NCBI GenBank assembly: GCA_038062475.1
Contig: JBBTXB010000127.1
Span: forward strand, 1-30,729
Direction: 5' to 3'
DNA from: Patescibacteria group bacterium
Lineage (GTDB): Bacteria > Patescibacteriota > Patescibacteriia > JBBTXB01
DNA: 30,729 bases
Shown here: positions 6,960 to 15,791 of the stretch, in pieces
How the letters are laid out: every line of letters starts with the position of its first letter
Position numbering within the stretch: the stretch's first letter is position 1
Notes under the pieces: generated by a model
What the model saw: only the letters and a program-made list of their open reading frames with translations
Told to the model about the DNA's origin: nothing
Databases searched by the model: none
Made by a program: the position numbers and the translations under genes

Positions 6960-9356
6960 TTAGCCACACTTAGAGTATCCACAACTGTGGCAGGTCATGC
7001 ACCCTTCGGCAACCGCCAACACCGCGCTGCATTCCGGGCACTGTGGTGCAAAACCGGTATTCGCAATGCTCCTAACCCGTACCATTGCGGGAACATTTGA
7101 TTCCGGCGCAAGCCCTACTGCCGGATGGGCGTCATATGCAGCCATTTTTAGCACTTCCGCCTCGGGCAGTATATTCATGCCGGTTTCAATTTTCGGAGCG
7201 GCGTCAAGCGGCAATGTCGCCTGCGGGACGCGGGTGTGCTCCTCCAGAATCTGCGCGATCCCGTCCGGAATGGATAGCACCATGCCACGCGAGGTCCACG
7301 AAGGCATCGGGCCGCGAATGCCTTTCAGCTGGTCAATCACTTCGGTAACCGAGATGCCTGAACGGAGCGCAAGAGAGATGAGTCGGCAAATTGCCTCCGA
7401 TTTGGCCGCAAAAAAGCCGCCTGTTTTTCCGATCGTCGCAAATACTTCAAAGGGTCGTGCTTCTTCATCGTCGTTTACGGTTACATACAGCGTCCCGTAG
7501 CCGGTCGTAATTTTGTATGTCTTGCCGGTGGTGACCGCCGGACGCGTCCGCGGAGTAATGCCATCGAAAGAAGCGGTGGCAGTGCCTGCGACGGGAGCAT
7601 CGGCGGATCTATTTGCGATTTGTCCAGACGCTTCGGTCGGGATCCCGCTTCGCGGTGACGATTCGCCATTTGCTTTCTTATCCTGGGCATCTTTGGAGTA
7701 CAGAACGGAAACATCACGGGAGTTCTCGCGGAAATAGGTTACTCCTTTACAGCCAAGCTCGTACGCCTTTTCATACAGCGTCGCGACCTGCTCCGCCGTG
7801 TGCTCCTCCGGGGCGTTCACGGTTTTGGAAATAGAGGAATCCACAAACTCTTGAATTGCCGCCTGTGTGGCGACGTGCTCATCGGGCGTGAGTTGCTTCG
7901 CGTTCACGAAATAATCCGGAACGGCCTCCCCCGGATGCGCATCCAACCATTCCTTGTAGAGCGGGTGGTGCACTTCATGCTCGCCGATTCTGTCCTTGCG
8001 GATAAAAACGAAGTCGTATACCGGTTCAATCCCCGAACTTACGCCAGAAAGAAGCGATGTCGTTCCGGTCGGCGCTTGGGTCAAGAGCACTGCGTTCCGG
8101 ATTCCATAGCGGCCGATCGCCGCCTGCAAAACTGCGGGGAGCTGCCGAATAAAGTACCCTTGGAGGTATTTTTCGGGATCAAACTTGGGGAACGGCCCCT
8201 TCTCTTTGGAGACCTCAACGGATGCCCGGTACGCTTCGTCGCGGATGAATCGGTACACTTCACGCACCAAGGCGAGCGCTTCCGGTGAGCTGTAACGCAA
8301 TTTCAATTTAATGAGAAGGTCTCCGAGGCCCATGGCGGAGAGGCCGGTGCGGCGGATATTCATCTGCGCCTCGCGGTTCTGCGGGAATGGGTATCCCGTC
8401 ACTTCAATTACGTTGTCCAGAAATCGGACGGCGGTGCGCACCGCCCAGCCGAGCCGTTCGTAATCCACGCGGTCGTCTTTTGCGAACGCCGCCAGATTGA
8501 TCGCACCCAGGTTGCAGACGGACCAAGCGCCGAGCGGCTGTTCGCCACAAGGATTTGTCGAGATGAGGTTTTCAAAATACCATGTGTTCCCCTGCTTGTT
8601 CGCCCGCTCCATGAAGTACAACCCCGGCTCGCCAGAAGCCCACGCCGACTCACAAATCAGGTTCCACAGATACCGCGCCTGTATCGTCTTATAGACCGTG
8701 CCATTCCACTGCAAATCCCAATCGGCGTCATTTTTGACCGCCTCCATAAGGCGATCGGAGATGCACACGGAAAGGTTCGCGTTGGTGACGAGCCCCATTG
8801 CGCGCTTCACGGTAACGAATTCTTCAATGTCCGGGTGGTCATCATTCAACATGAGCATCAAAGCGCCGCGGCGAGATCCACCTTGGATGATGAGACCCGT
8901 TGCGTATGAATAGAGGCCACCGAAGGAAACGGCTCCGGAGGCCGTGCCGTTCACGCCTTTCACACGAGCCCCGCGAGGGCGGAGTGTGGACAGGTTCACG
9001 CCGACTCCACCCGACCGAGACATAATCTCCACCATGGTTTTCACGGATTCAAAAATTCCGCCGCGGCTGTCCTCCGGTGAAGGAATCACAAAACAGTTGT
9101 AAAATGTGAGATCGTAGCCGCTTCCTGCGCCGGAAAGGATGCGGCCTCCCGGCACAAATTGGAACCCGTCCAAGACGCGGTAAAACTCGTCGGCCCAAAA
9201 CGCCCGCTTCTCCTCCGTCGGCTCCGCCGCAGCAATGGCAGTTGCCACGCGTTTCCACATCTCTTCCGGCGTGTGTTCCAACTGATTTCCTTCGCGGTCG
9301 CGGAGCGCGTAACGATCTTCAAAAACTTTGAGACGGAGGCCGTCGAGTGTGTACAT
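6960..9356 (-). CDS. nrdJ: Class II (adenosylcobalamin-dependent) ribonucleotide reductase
   Basis: 798 aa. Contains FYNCFV, NPCGEQPL and TGTTS motifs and a C-terminal Cys cluster (CPECS...CMTCHSCGYSKCG). A low-complexity insert lies at about residues 555-600. Adjacent to a cobalamin adenosyltransferase. Confidence 0.85.
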   Translation of the reverse strand: MYTLDGLRLKVFEDRYALRDREGNQLEHTPEEMWKRVATAIAAAEPTEEKRAFWADEFYRVLDGFQFVPGGRILSGAGSGYDLTFYNCFVIPSPEDSRGGIFESVKTMVEIMSRSGGVGVNLSTLRPRGARVKGVNGTASGAVSFGGLYSYATGLIIQGGSRRGALMLMLNDDHPDIEEFVTVKRAMGLVTNANLSVCISDRLMEAVKNDADWDLQWNGTVYKTIQARYLWNLICESAWASGEPGLYFMERANKQGNTWYFENLISTNPCGEQPLGAWSVCNLGAINLAAFAKDDRVDYERLGWAVRTAVRFLDNVIEVTGYPFPQNREAQMNIRRTGLSAMGLGDLLIKLKLRYSSPEALALVREVYRFIRDEAYRASVEVSKEKGPFPKFDPEKYLQGYFIRQLPAVLQAAIGRYGIRNAVLLTQAPTGTTSLLSGVSSGIEPVYDFVFIRKDRIGEHEVHHPLYKEWLDAHPGEAVPDYFVNAKQLTPDEHVATQAAIQEFVDSSISKTVNAPEEHTAEQVATLYEKAYELGCKGVTYFRENSRDVSVLYSKDAQDKKANGESSPRSGIPTEASGQIANRSADAPVAGTATASFDGITPRTRPAVTTGKTYKITTGYGTLYVTVNDDEEARPFEVFATIGKTGGFFAAKSEAICRLISLALRSGISVTEVIDQLKGIRGPMPSWTSRGMVLSIPDGIAQILEEHTRVPQATLPLDAAPKIETGMNILPEAEVLKMAAYDAHPAVGLAPESNVPAMVRVRSIANTGFAPQCPECSAVLAVAEGCMTCHSCGYSKCG

Positions 9357-9371
9357 ACGGGTATGAAATAA

Positions 9372-9412
9372 CCCAGCCCTCTAGGCAAAGGACTTCTGCG
9401 TAGAGGGCTGGG
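9372..9412 (-). promoter_or_regulatory. 12-bp-stem hairpin in the nrdJ leader
   Basis: CCCAGCCCTCTA ... TAGAGGGCTGGG, 16 nt upstream of the nrdJ ATG, followed on the minus strand by TTATTT. Possible attenuator or stability element. Confidence 0.4.
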
Positions 9413-9422
9413 CAATGTTAGG

Positions 9423-9438
9423 ACACAACATCTTGTGT
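9423..9438. promoter_or_regulatory. NrdR box (proximal)
   Basis: The 16-bp palindrome ACACAACATCTTGTGT resembles the NrdR operator consensus acaCwAtATaTwGtgt. Upstream of nrdJ. Confidence 0.6.
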
Positions 9439-9455
9439 CTCTACACTCAATTTTA

Positions 9456-9471
9456 CCACAATATATTGTGA
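9456..9471. promoter_or_regulatory. NrdR box (distal)
   Basis: CCACAATATATTGTGA contains a perfect 14-bp palindrome. Its centre is 33 bp from the proximal box, and paired NrdR boxes about three helical turns apart are typical. Confidence 0.6.
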
Positions 9472-9503
9472 TCTCCGCCAACTGGCGGATGTGGATAACT
9501 TTT

Positions 9504-10082
9504 TCAAAAAGGCATCGTTAGGTTCATGGCGGCTCGCACCGGCGCTTCCAAAGCGAAATTGACAGGCACATCAATAAATTTCCCCATACGATCCTTGAAT
9601 CTTACCGTCTGCGCCTTGAGGCCATGCTCATAGAGATCCCGCGTCACGCGCACATCTTGGAGGCAATATTCCTGCAACTTATCCCACTCCCCCGTCCGGA
9701 AGTATTCCACGGCCATAAGCCCATTCCCCGACTTCGCGGTTCCGAGCGTCGCTTGCACCACATCATCCAACTTCACTCGAAATCCGACTTTTTTCTCTAT
9801 TTCCGCCAGGATGTCCAGTGTCGGAAGCCGCGTAATGTCGCCCGGGTAATAGCTGTTCATCACCGGCAGGTCAAAATCATCAATATTATAACCAATCACG
9901 CGGGTAAGACGCTCAAGACGCGGCCACAGTTTTGACAATTCGTGCTCGCGGAACGCCTCAAAAGAGTCCGTTTCATAAAAATAAACCCCCACCAGAGAGA
10001 TTTTGAGAAGCGCAGGATCGTATTTGCCGACGTCCCGAAACGTGTTTTGCGTTTCAATGTCTAACACCGCTTCATTGCGCAT
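9504..10082 (-). CDS. DEDD-family 3'-5' exonuclease (RNase H-like fold)
   Basis: Exo motifs LDIETQ (ExoI), GYNIDDFDLPV (ExoII) and YCLQDVRVTRDLY (ExoIII). Confidence 0.65.
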   Translation of the reverse strand: MRNEAVLDIETQNTFRDVGKYDPALLKISLVGVYFYETDSFEAFREHELSKLWPRLERLTRVIGYNIDDFDLPVMNSYYPGDITRLPTLDILAEIEKKVGFRVKLDDVVQATLGTAKSGNGLMAVEYFRTGEWDKLQEYCLQDVRVTRDLYEHGLKAQTVRFKDRMGKFIDVPVNFALEAPVRAAMNLTMPF

Positions 10083-10154
10083 AGTTCATGTTTATTTTTT
10101 CCGTCACCTGCATTGTATCGCCTACGCGCATTTTGAAAACTGTGGACAACTATA

Positions 10155-10291
10155 AGCGTAAAGTGCAAAGCGAAAAGCGTAAAATAATCACCGCGAAGCG
10201 GGATCCCGACCGAAGCGTCGGGACAACTCAAAATTTAAAACAAGCGAAGCGGAACACCGACATTTTACATTTTTCGTTTTGCATTTTGCAC
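10155..10291. repeat. Inverted heptamer-array element, GTGCAAA/GCGAAAA family
   Basis: Left arm GTGCAAA GCGAAAA GCGTAAA AT; right arm ATTTTAC ATTTTTC GTTTTGC ATTTTGC AC. The centre carries CACCGCGAAGCGGGATCCCGA (10189-10209), which is also found at 14516-14536. Confidence 0.75.
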
Positions 10292-10294
10292 TTC

Positions 10295-11737
10295 TCACAA
10301 CACCTCTACATCATGAGGCAAGCTCTCCTTCCGCCCGGCATCGGTAATGCGCACAAATCCGGCATTTGCCTGCAATTCTCCAATCGTCCGGGCATTGCAG
10401 TAGGACATGCCGGAGCGCAGTCCGCCCATGAGCTGCTCCACGACCTCCTCCGCCTTTCCGCGGTATGGAACCGCCGCTTCAATCCCCTCGGCTACATAGT
10501 GCGAAAGCTCCTCATCGCTCCCTCCACCGCCATCTCCAGCACGTCGTCCCGCTGCGGCCCCTAAGGAGGCCATTCCCCGCGCGATTTTATATTTCCGTCC
10601 GTTTCGCATGACGGTTACTCCCGGACTTTCATCGGTTCCGGCAAGCAGTCCCCCCAGCATCACGCTTCCTGCTCCTGCGGCCATTGCTTTCGTAAGGTCT
10701 CCGGGATAGCGAATGCCGCCGTCGGCAATGACCGGGATATTAGTTCCCGCGAGCGCCTCGGCAACCCGAAGGACGGCCGTAAGCTGCGGAACCCCGACAC
10801 CGGCGACGATCCTCGTCGTGCATGTGGTTCCGGGACCGATCCCTACCTTTACCGCATCAGCGCCGGCGGAAACCAGGTCGCGCGCCCCGGAAGGCGTGGC
10901 GATATTTCCACCGATAATCTGAACAGAACTTCCAAACCGTGCGCGCAGAGCGGAAATCGCGGCAAGCGCGCGCTCGTTGTGGCCGTGGGCAACGTCAACG
11001 ACGAGCACATCCGCGCCGACGGCAAGAAGCGCCTCGGCGCGCGGAAGGGTGTCTTTGACTCCCAACGCCGCCCCGACGCGCAGCCGCCCTTTTTCATCTT
11101 TCGTTGCCTGCGGATACTCGTCAAAACGAACGATATCCTTGCTTGTAATAAGGCCGCAAAGCGCCCCGTTCTCGTCCACGAGGGGCAATTTTTCATACTT
11201 ATGCCGCCGCAACAATTCGCGCGCCTCGGGTAGCGTAATCTCGGGGTGCGCGACGATGAGTCGCTCTCGCGGGGTCATGAGCTCCGTAACCGGCCGTCGT
11301 TCGTCAGTTTCAAAACGGATGTCGCGGTTTGAAAGGAGCCCCGCGAGCTTCCCCTCGGCTCCTGCAATCAAAAGACAGGAGACGCTATAGCGCCGCATCG
11401 CCTCCCGCGCATCGCGGAGCGTAGCGGCAGGCGTGAGCGTATAGGGCCTTTCTATACGGAAATTTTCTATGCGCTTCACTTTTTCCACTTCCACAACCTG
11501 ATCCTCTATGGAAAGAAAGCGGTGGATGATCCCGATCCCACCCAATCGCGCCATGGTGACGGCCATCCGCCACTCGGTAACCGTGTCCATGTTTGCGGAG
11601 ACGATGGGGACGTTCATTCGAATACGCGGGGTGAGCCATGTCTCCGTGGAGACGTGGCTGCGCGAGGAAACGCTTGAACGTCGCGGCACGAGCAGCACAT
11701 CGTCGTAAGTGAGCGCGTCTTCAAAAAAGCGGGCCAT
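10295..11737 (-). CDS. guaB: Inosine-5'-monophosphate dehydrogenase with a CBS pair
   Basis: 480 aa. Catalytic loop [20 protein letters not shown], plus GGIRYPGD and a CBS-domain insert (residues about 95-210). Confidence 0.85.
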   Translation of the reverse strand: MARFFEDALTYDDVLLVPRRSSVSSRSHVSTETWLTPRIRMNVPIVSANMDTVTEWRMAVTMARLGGIGIIHRFLSIEDQVVEVEKVKRIENFRIERPYTLTPAATLRDAREAMRRYSVSCLLIAGAEGKLAGLLSNRDIRFETDERRPVTELMTPRERLIVAHPEITLPEARELLRRHKYEKLPLVDENGALCGLITSKDIVRFDEYPQATKDEKGRLRVGAALGVKDTLPRAEALLAVGADVLVVDVAHGHNERALAAISALRARFGSSVQIIGGNIATPSGARDLVSAGADAVKVGIGPGTTCTTRIVAGVGVPQLTAVLRVAEALAGTNIPVIADGGIRYPGDLTKAMAAGAGSVMLGGLLAGTDESPGVTVMRNGRKYKIARGMASLGAAAGRRAGDGGGGSDEELSHYVAEGIEAAVPYRGKAEEVVEQLMGGLRSGMSYCNARTIGELQANAGFVRITDAGRKESLPHDVEVL

Positions 11738-11803
11738 TGCCGGTGAATTAAGAATTATGAATCAGGAATTATGGGTGGGGCGAAACAATGGTAGCACAAA
11801 ATG

Positions 11804-11826
11804 AAAAACTCTCTCCAGCGAGAGAG
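11804..11826 (-). terminator. Rho-independent terminator after the GH1 gene
   Basis: On the minus strand: CTCTCTC-GCTG-GAGAGAG followed by TTTTTCATTTT. Confidence 0.6.
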
Positions 11827-11848
11827 TCAAGCGCGAGGGCGCTGCCGA

Positions 11849-13144
11849 TTAATGCTCCTCCACCGCGTGTCCCACGTAGCGCAGGAGATCGTGCGGGATG
11901 CCGTTTTCTTTACAAATCTGCGCATAGAGGGCGGCGGACGGCCGCGGCATGCGCTTCAAGGTCTTGAAATCAACCTCCACAAGCCCGAAGCGCTGGGTGT
12001 ATCCCTTGTCCCACTCAAAATTGTCCAAAAGCGACCAGTGGAAATAGCCGCGAACGTCAATGCCCGCATGGATCGCGTGATACAGCTCTTTAATGTACGA
12101 AACGATGAAGCGTGCGCGACGATCGTCATTTGCGGTAGAAATGCCATTTTCCGTGATGTAAATTGGCAGGTTCATGTCTTTCACGTCCAAAAGCGCCTCA
12201 AAAATCCCCTGCGGATAAATCTCCCATCCCATGTCGGAGACCTCACGATTCTCTTCTCGCGGATCAACGAAGTTGTGGAGGAGCTTCGTCGCCGCGCGCT
12301 TGACGCGCTGGTGGAGGTAATAGTTGACGCCCAAGAAGTCATGCGTGCCTTTGGTAAGATCATAAAACGAATGGTTCCAAATCTTATCCGCGATGCGCAG
12401 CGCCAGGTGATCCAGCAGCGAGTGTTTCCGATATGCAACCATGGACATAAGGCCGTGCGCAAAGCCGACCTGCGCCTTTTTCCCATCCGTATCCATCGCC
12501 TTGTGGATTGCCGCATATGCGGCACGATGCGCGCGCGCAAGATTCTTCAACACGCGCCATGCCCGAATCACGGATCTCTTCTGCGGCGGCCACACGCCCA
12601 GAGCGTATGATTGCGCCGCATAAATCTGCGGTTCGTTTACCGTCAGCCACAGATCAACCCACTCGCCAAAATTTTTAATCGCAAAATCCACGTAGCGCTC
12701 GAAAAGGCGGGGGGCATCGCGCCGCTCCCAGCCACCCTTATTCGCAAACCACGCGGGGTTTGTGAAATGGTGCAGCGTCAGCGCGACCGCAAACCCGCGC
12801 GCTTTGAGCGCGCGGAGCACATTCTGATAGTGCTCAACCTCATGCGTGTCCCACTCCCCTTCGTGGGGTTCCAACCGGCTCCACTCCAGCGAAAAACGGT
12901 GCGCGTTCTGGTGAAGCGACTTTGCCAAATCAAAATCCGCTTCGTAAAGAGCGTAATGATTTACCGCGTCCCCAGAGCGCGGATTCCCCGGCTTCTGCTC
13001 CCACGCCCACCAATCGCTGTGCTGGTTATTTCCCTCATGCTGATGAGCGGAAAGGGCGGTGCCCCACAGAAACCCGTCCGGAAACTTCAGGGTCTCATGG
13101 ACATGCTTTGGCACTTCAGGGATTTTCTCAAACGGTTCAGGCAT
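11849..13144 (-). CDS. Glycoside hydrolase family 1 beta-glucosidase
   Basis: Acid/base motif TVNEP and nucleophile motif YITENG, with WWAWEQ and HWSLLDNFEW signatures. Confidence 0.85.
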   Translation of the reverse strand: MPEPFEKIPEVPKHVHETLKFPDGFLWGTALSAHQHEGNNQHSDWWAWEQKPGNPRSGDAVNHYALYEADFDLAKSLHQNAHRFSLEWSRLEPHEGEWDTHEVEHYQNVLRALKARGFAVALTLHHFTNPAWFANKGGWERRDAPRLFERYVDFAIKNFGEWVDLWLTVNEPQIYAAQSYALGVWPPQKRSVIRAWRVLKNLARAHRAAYAAIHKAMDTDGKKAQVGFAHGLMSMVAYRKHSLLDHLALRIADKIWNHSFYDLTKGTHDFLGVNYYLHQRVKRAATKLLHNFVDPREENREVSDMGWEIYPQGIFEALLDVKDMNLPIYITENGISTANDDRRARFIVSYIKELYHAIHAGIDVRGYFHWSLLDNFEWDKGYTQRFGLVEVDFKTLKRMPRPSAALYAQICKENGIPHDLLRYVGHAVEEH

Positions 13145-13150
13145 ACAAAA

Positions 13151-14137
13151 TCAAAATATGCTCTTTCCATATTCCCAAATCTCGTCGTTCCCCTGCCCGC
13201 GCAACCAGTACCACCATTCAACGCCCCACACATACACTTCCGACAACCCCGCGCGGCGCGCAAACTCAACATTAGAACGCACCCGTTCCGCGTCCATAGA
13301 CTTGTACTGTTCAGAAAGCGGCGTTTCGGGAATCGCGCGCGCGACCCACGGTTCAACTTGTAACTCGGTGATGATGACGCGCGGGGTGAGTGAGCGGATC
13401 GCTTCCGCGCGGTAACGATAAAACCCGGGCGTAATCGGATAATAAAAATAACCAAGAAACTTAGTCCACACGACGCGATACATGCTGATTCCCAGAATAT
13501 CGCCCAATTCGGCTGCAGGAAGCCACGTGGACAGTTCTCCACTGTCCGTCACAACAATCGGCCGCGTGGAATCAAGCGAACGGACTAGTTCAATTTCTTT
13601 CTTCAAAAATTCAACATCCGGTGGCGGGCACTCGCCGAAATCAAAGAGTGGCTCATTTTCCACCTGCCACGCCCAGACGGCCTTTGAGCCGCGATAACGG
13701 GAAACGACGCGCTGGAGCATCGCGAGCGTCCTCAGCTGCCGTCGCTCCACGGTCGCATTCTTGATCCAGCTCGGAAAATGGCACTCGGGCCAGCGCGGGA
13801 GCTTCTGTCCAACGGCAAGAAGCACCTTAGCGTCGCGCGCCTCTGCTTCACGAAGCTGCCAATCAAGATCGTCAAAGACAAAGCGCCCCGTCTCCGGCTC
13901 TATTTCATCCCAATACGCCGGAATCCGGAGCAGCCGTACGCCAAGTTCATCCAAGACGGCGGTGTACGCCGCGCGCCAGTCCAAGCCGAGCGACTGGGCG
14001 TATTTTTTTGAAAAAGTCGCTCCGAAAACGACGGGGCCGTTCGGAAAATTCTCACGCGCGATGCGGACAAAAAAAACTGCGGCAGCAACGCCAATAATAG
14101 CAAGTCCGCCAATGAGCCAGATGGTTCGGCGTTTCAT
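13151..14137 (-). CDS. Membrane-anchored clan GH-A (TIM-barrel) glycoside hydrolase, family uncertain
   Basis: N-terminal TM helix. WQVENEP (acid/base-like) and IITELQ (nucleophile-like) motifs. Starts 6 nt upstream of the GH1 gene. Confidence 0.55.
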   Translation of the reverse strand: MKRRTIWLIGGLAIIGVAAAVFFVRIARENFPNGPVVFGATFSKKYAQSLGLDWRAAYTAVLDELGVRLLRIPAYWDEIEPETGRFVFDDLDWQLREAEARDAKVLLAVGQKLPRWPECHFPSWIKNATVERRQLRTLAMLQRVVSRYRGSKAVWAWQVENEPLFDFGECPPPDVEFLKKEIELVRSLDSTRPIVVTDSGELSTWLPAAELGDILGISMYRVVWTKFLGYFYYPITPGFYRYRAEAIRSLTPRVIITELQVEPWVARAIPETPLSEQYKSMDAERVRSNVEFARRAGLSEVYVWGVEWWYWLRGQGNDEIWEYGKSIF

Positions 14138-14145
14138 AAATCGGA

Positions 14146-14212
14146 GAACGTAGAACGTAGAACTTAGAACGTAGACCGATCCTACGTACTACCTTCTACA
14201 TACTACCTACTA
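14146..14212. repeat. Inverted heptamer-array element, GTAGAAC family
   Basis: Reads GAACGTAGAACGTAGAACTTAGAACGTAGAC ... CTACGTACTACCTTCTACATACTACCTAC. The 24-mer at 14151-14174 is the exact reverse complement of 23631-23654. Confidence 0.8.
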
Positions 14213-14225
14213 AGCCCTTCTGCTC

Positions 14226-14444
14226 TCACGCTTCCGCGATATATTCGTCAAAACGCTCGCGTAAAACCCGCTCCAATTCTTCCAGTTCTTCATCATCGTG
14301 CATTTCGCCGACTGCGCGATGCTCCTCAATAACCTCCTCAACAAGGACATCCCACTCATCGTGAGCTGTTACTCCTTGCTCCCTCGCGCGGCGTTCCGCT
14401 TCGCGATACAGCCCTTCGGGGGTATAAGCCAAGTTCTCGGTCAT
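14226..14444 (-). CDS. Small acidic hypothetical protein (72 aa)
   Basis: Clean ORF with a helical, Glu/Asp-rich product. No recognisable motifs. Confidence 0.5.
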   Translation of the reverse strand: MTENLAYTPEGLYREAERRAREQGVTAHDEWDVLVEEVIEEHRAVGEMHDDEELEELERVLRERFDEYIAEA

Positions 14445-14587
14445 AAAAAGTTTAATTTATATCTAACAGTGTACCATACTGGAAAGAGAAAAACAGAAAA
14501 AGAATATCCGCCTCCCACCGCGAAGCGGAGTCCCGAATGTCCCACATCCCGCGAACGGGACGCGGGACGGAATCGGCCCGCGCAACG

Positions 14588-14633
14588 ATTATCACTTTTG
14601 ATGCGGTCGTTCAGAAAGTGATAATGCTTTTTT
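14588..14633 (+). terminator. Orphan plus-strand terminator-like hairpin
   Basis: 11-bp stem ATTATCACTTT/AAAGTGATAAT followed by GCTTTTTT. There is no plus-strand gene upstream. Confidence 0.4.
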
Positions 14634-14755
14634 GGTTGCAGGAGGGGAGTGCATCACCCGCCAAAATTTTGTGCGGCAAAATTTAAGCGGGTTGTTAACG
14701 ACCGAAATTTCGGAGTCCGCCTGATGCGGACGAACAAAATTTCGTGTCAGTTAAC

Positions 14756-14786
14756 AAAAAAACCGTCCCAGCTGTTGCCAGGACGG
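14756..14786 (-). terminator. Rho-independent terminator closing the Ubl/E1/E2 cassette
   Basis: On the minus strand: CCGTCC-TGGCAACAGCTG-GGACGG followed by TTTTTTT, about 50 nt after the Ubl stop. Confidence 0.75.
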
Positions 14787-14833
14787 CGCTTGTTGAGTGA
14801 AGGCGTTTCCGCCTTTTGCGAAAGAACTACGAA

Positions 14834-15121
14834 CTACGATCCCTGCGGTCGTTCGGTGACCGTGATGCGCGCTCCCATCGAGATGGGGGTCGAGAGGTCG
14901 GTTACCGCTTTCCCGTTGACCGAAACGTCCCGCCGCTCGGAGCTCACGCCCGCCTGCGCGAGCACGTCCTTGACGGTCGCCTCCGCCCCCGCCATGACGA
15001 CCGGCTTCTCCTGCACGTCGCCCTGCGTCGGCACATACGTCACCGTAAGCCGCAGCTCGCTCGGCTTCCGCTTCGCGCCAGTCGTGCCCTTCTTCTTCTG
15101 ACCCTTCTTCTTCGCTCCCAT
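14834..15121 (-). CDS. Ubiquitin-like beta-grasp protein (ThiS/MoaD-like, 95 aa) with a Lys-rich N-terminal tail and a C-terminal ...RPQGS
   Basis: AAGGAGG lies 7 nt upstream of the ATG at 15121. The tail is MGAKKKGQKKKGTTGAKRKP. The core LRLTVTYV...ATVKDVLAQAGV...DVSVNGKAV...GARITVTERPQGS follows the ThiS/MoaD strand-helix pattern. Starts 13 nt downstream of the E1-like gene. Confidence 0.65.
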   Translation of the reverse strand: MGAKKKGQKKKGTTGAKRKPSELRLTVTYVPTQGDVQEKPVVMAGAEATVKDVLAQAGVSSERRDVSVNGKAVTDLSTPISMGARITVTERPQGS

Positions 15122-15134
15122 GCTCTTCCTCCTT

Positions 15135-15788
15135 CTACGGGGTGATGACCCGCGGCTTGTGTGCGGAGTACGCGAAGTTGAATTGCTTTGCGCCTTCCGT
15201 CCACCAGCCCGCAACGACAGCGCACGCCGCAGCTGCCGCTACCGTTGCAACATACACGATTCCATGATTGCCGCAAGTCGGCCGAAGCGCCTTGCTTCCG
15301 GGGTACAGAAGCTTCTCGTAATCGGCAACGTCATCCGGGTCGTTCGGATTCACCGCAAGGTTACGTACGAACTCGCCCGCAACTCTCGTGTCAACGAGAA
15401 GATCAACGGCCAAATTAATCTTTACCTGTTTCCAGATGAGCATCCGCGCTTCCATGGAGTCCACGCAGGCGATGACAGTGCCCCGAAGCGGCTCTCCTGT
15501 ATACATCGCGCGGATCGCGTTGATTTCAAGACCGCTCTGCTCGCGAACGATCTCCGCAAGCGCCTCCACCTTGTAGCGACCCTGGTCTTTGAGGCGATAG
15601 GCGCTCATGGGAACATTGTGGGATTCAACGGCGTCTCTGTCGTAGACGGTGATCTTTGAGACCCCCATTTTCGGGAGCATGGTGACGACGAAGCTCCCGA
15701 CAGAACCCGCGCCGATCACCGTAACCGGTCGGGCGACCGTTCGATTGAAGATGCGTTGCTGCTGCGAGAAATTGAGTTCAGATTCCAT
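15135..15788 (-). CDS. Minimal ThiF/MoeB/E1-like adenylyltransferase (217 aa)
   Basis: Motifs VTVIGAGSVGS (GxGxxG), VYDRDAVESHN, GRYKVEAL, IACVDS and RPTCGNHG. No CxxC zinc motif or rhodanese module. Only a 3-nt gap to the upstream gene. Confidence 0.75.
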   Translation of the reverse strand: MESELNFSQQQRIFNRTVARPVTVIGAGSVGSFVVTMLPKMGVSKITVYDRDAVESHNVPMSAYRLKDQGRYKVEALAEIVREQSGLEINAIRAMYTGEPLRGTVIACVDSMEARMLIWKQVKINLAVDLLVDTRVAGEFVRNLAVNPNDPDDVADYEKLLYPGSKALRPTCGNHGIVYVATVAAAAACAVVAGWWTEGAKQFNFAYSAHKPRVITP

Positions 15789-15791
15789 TGG

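Noticed and set aside
9357-9503. Cobalamin riboswitch upstream of the B12-dependent nrdJ.
   Set aside because: The spacer is only about 147 nt and is mostly taken up by the NrdR boxes and one simple hairpin. I see no B12-box-like element or multi-stem junction.
14834-15788. Reading the E1-like/Ubl pair as an ordinary ThiF-ThiS or MoeB-MoaD sulfur-carrier pair.
   Set aside because: This is not fully excluded, but it is disfavoured for three reasons:
- There are no thiamine, molybdopterin or thiouridine genes nearby.
- The Ubl ends Gly-Ser, not Gly-Gly.
- The pair is translationally coupled to a protein carrying a UBC-like HPH...C domain.
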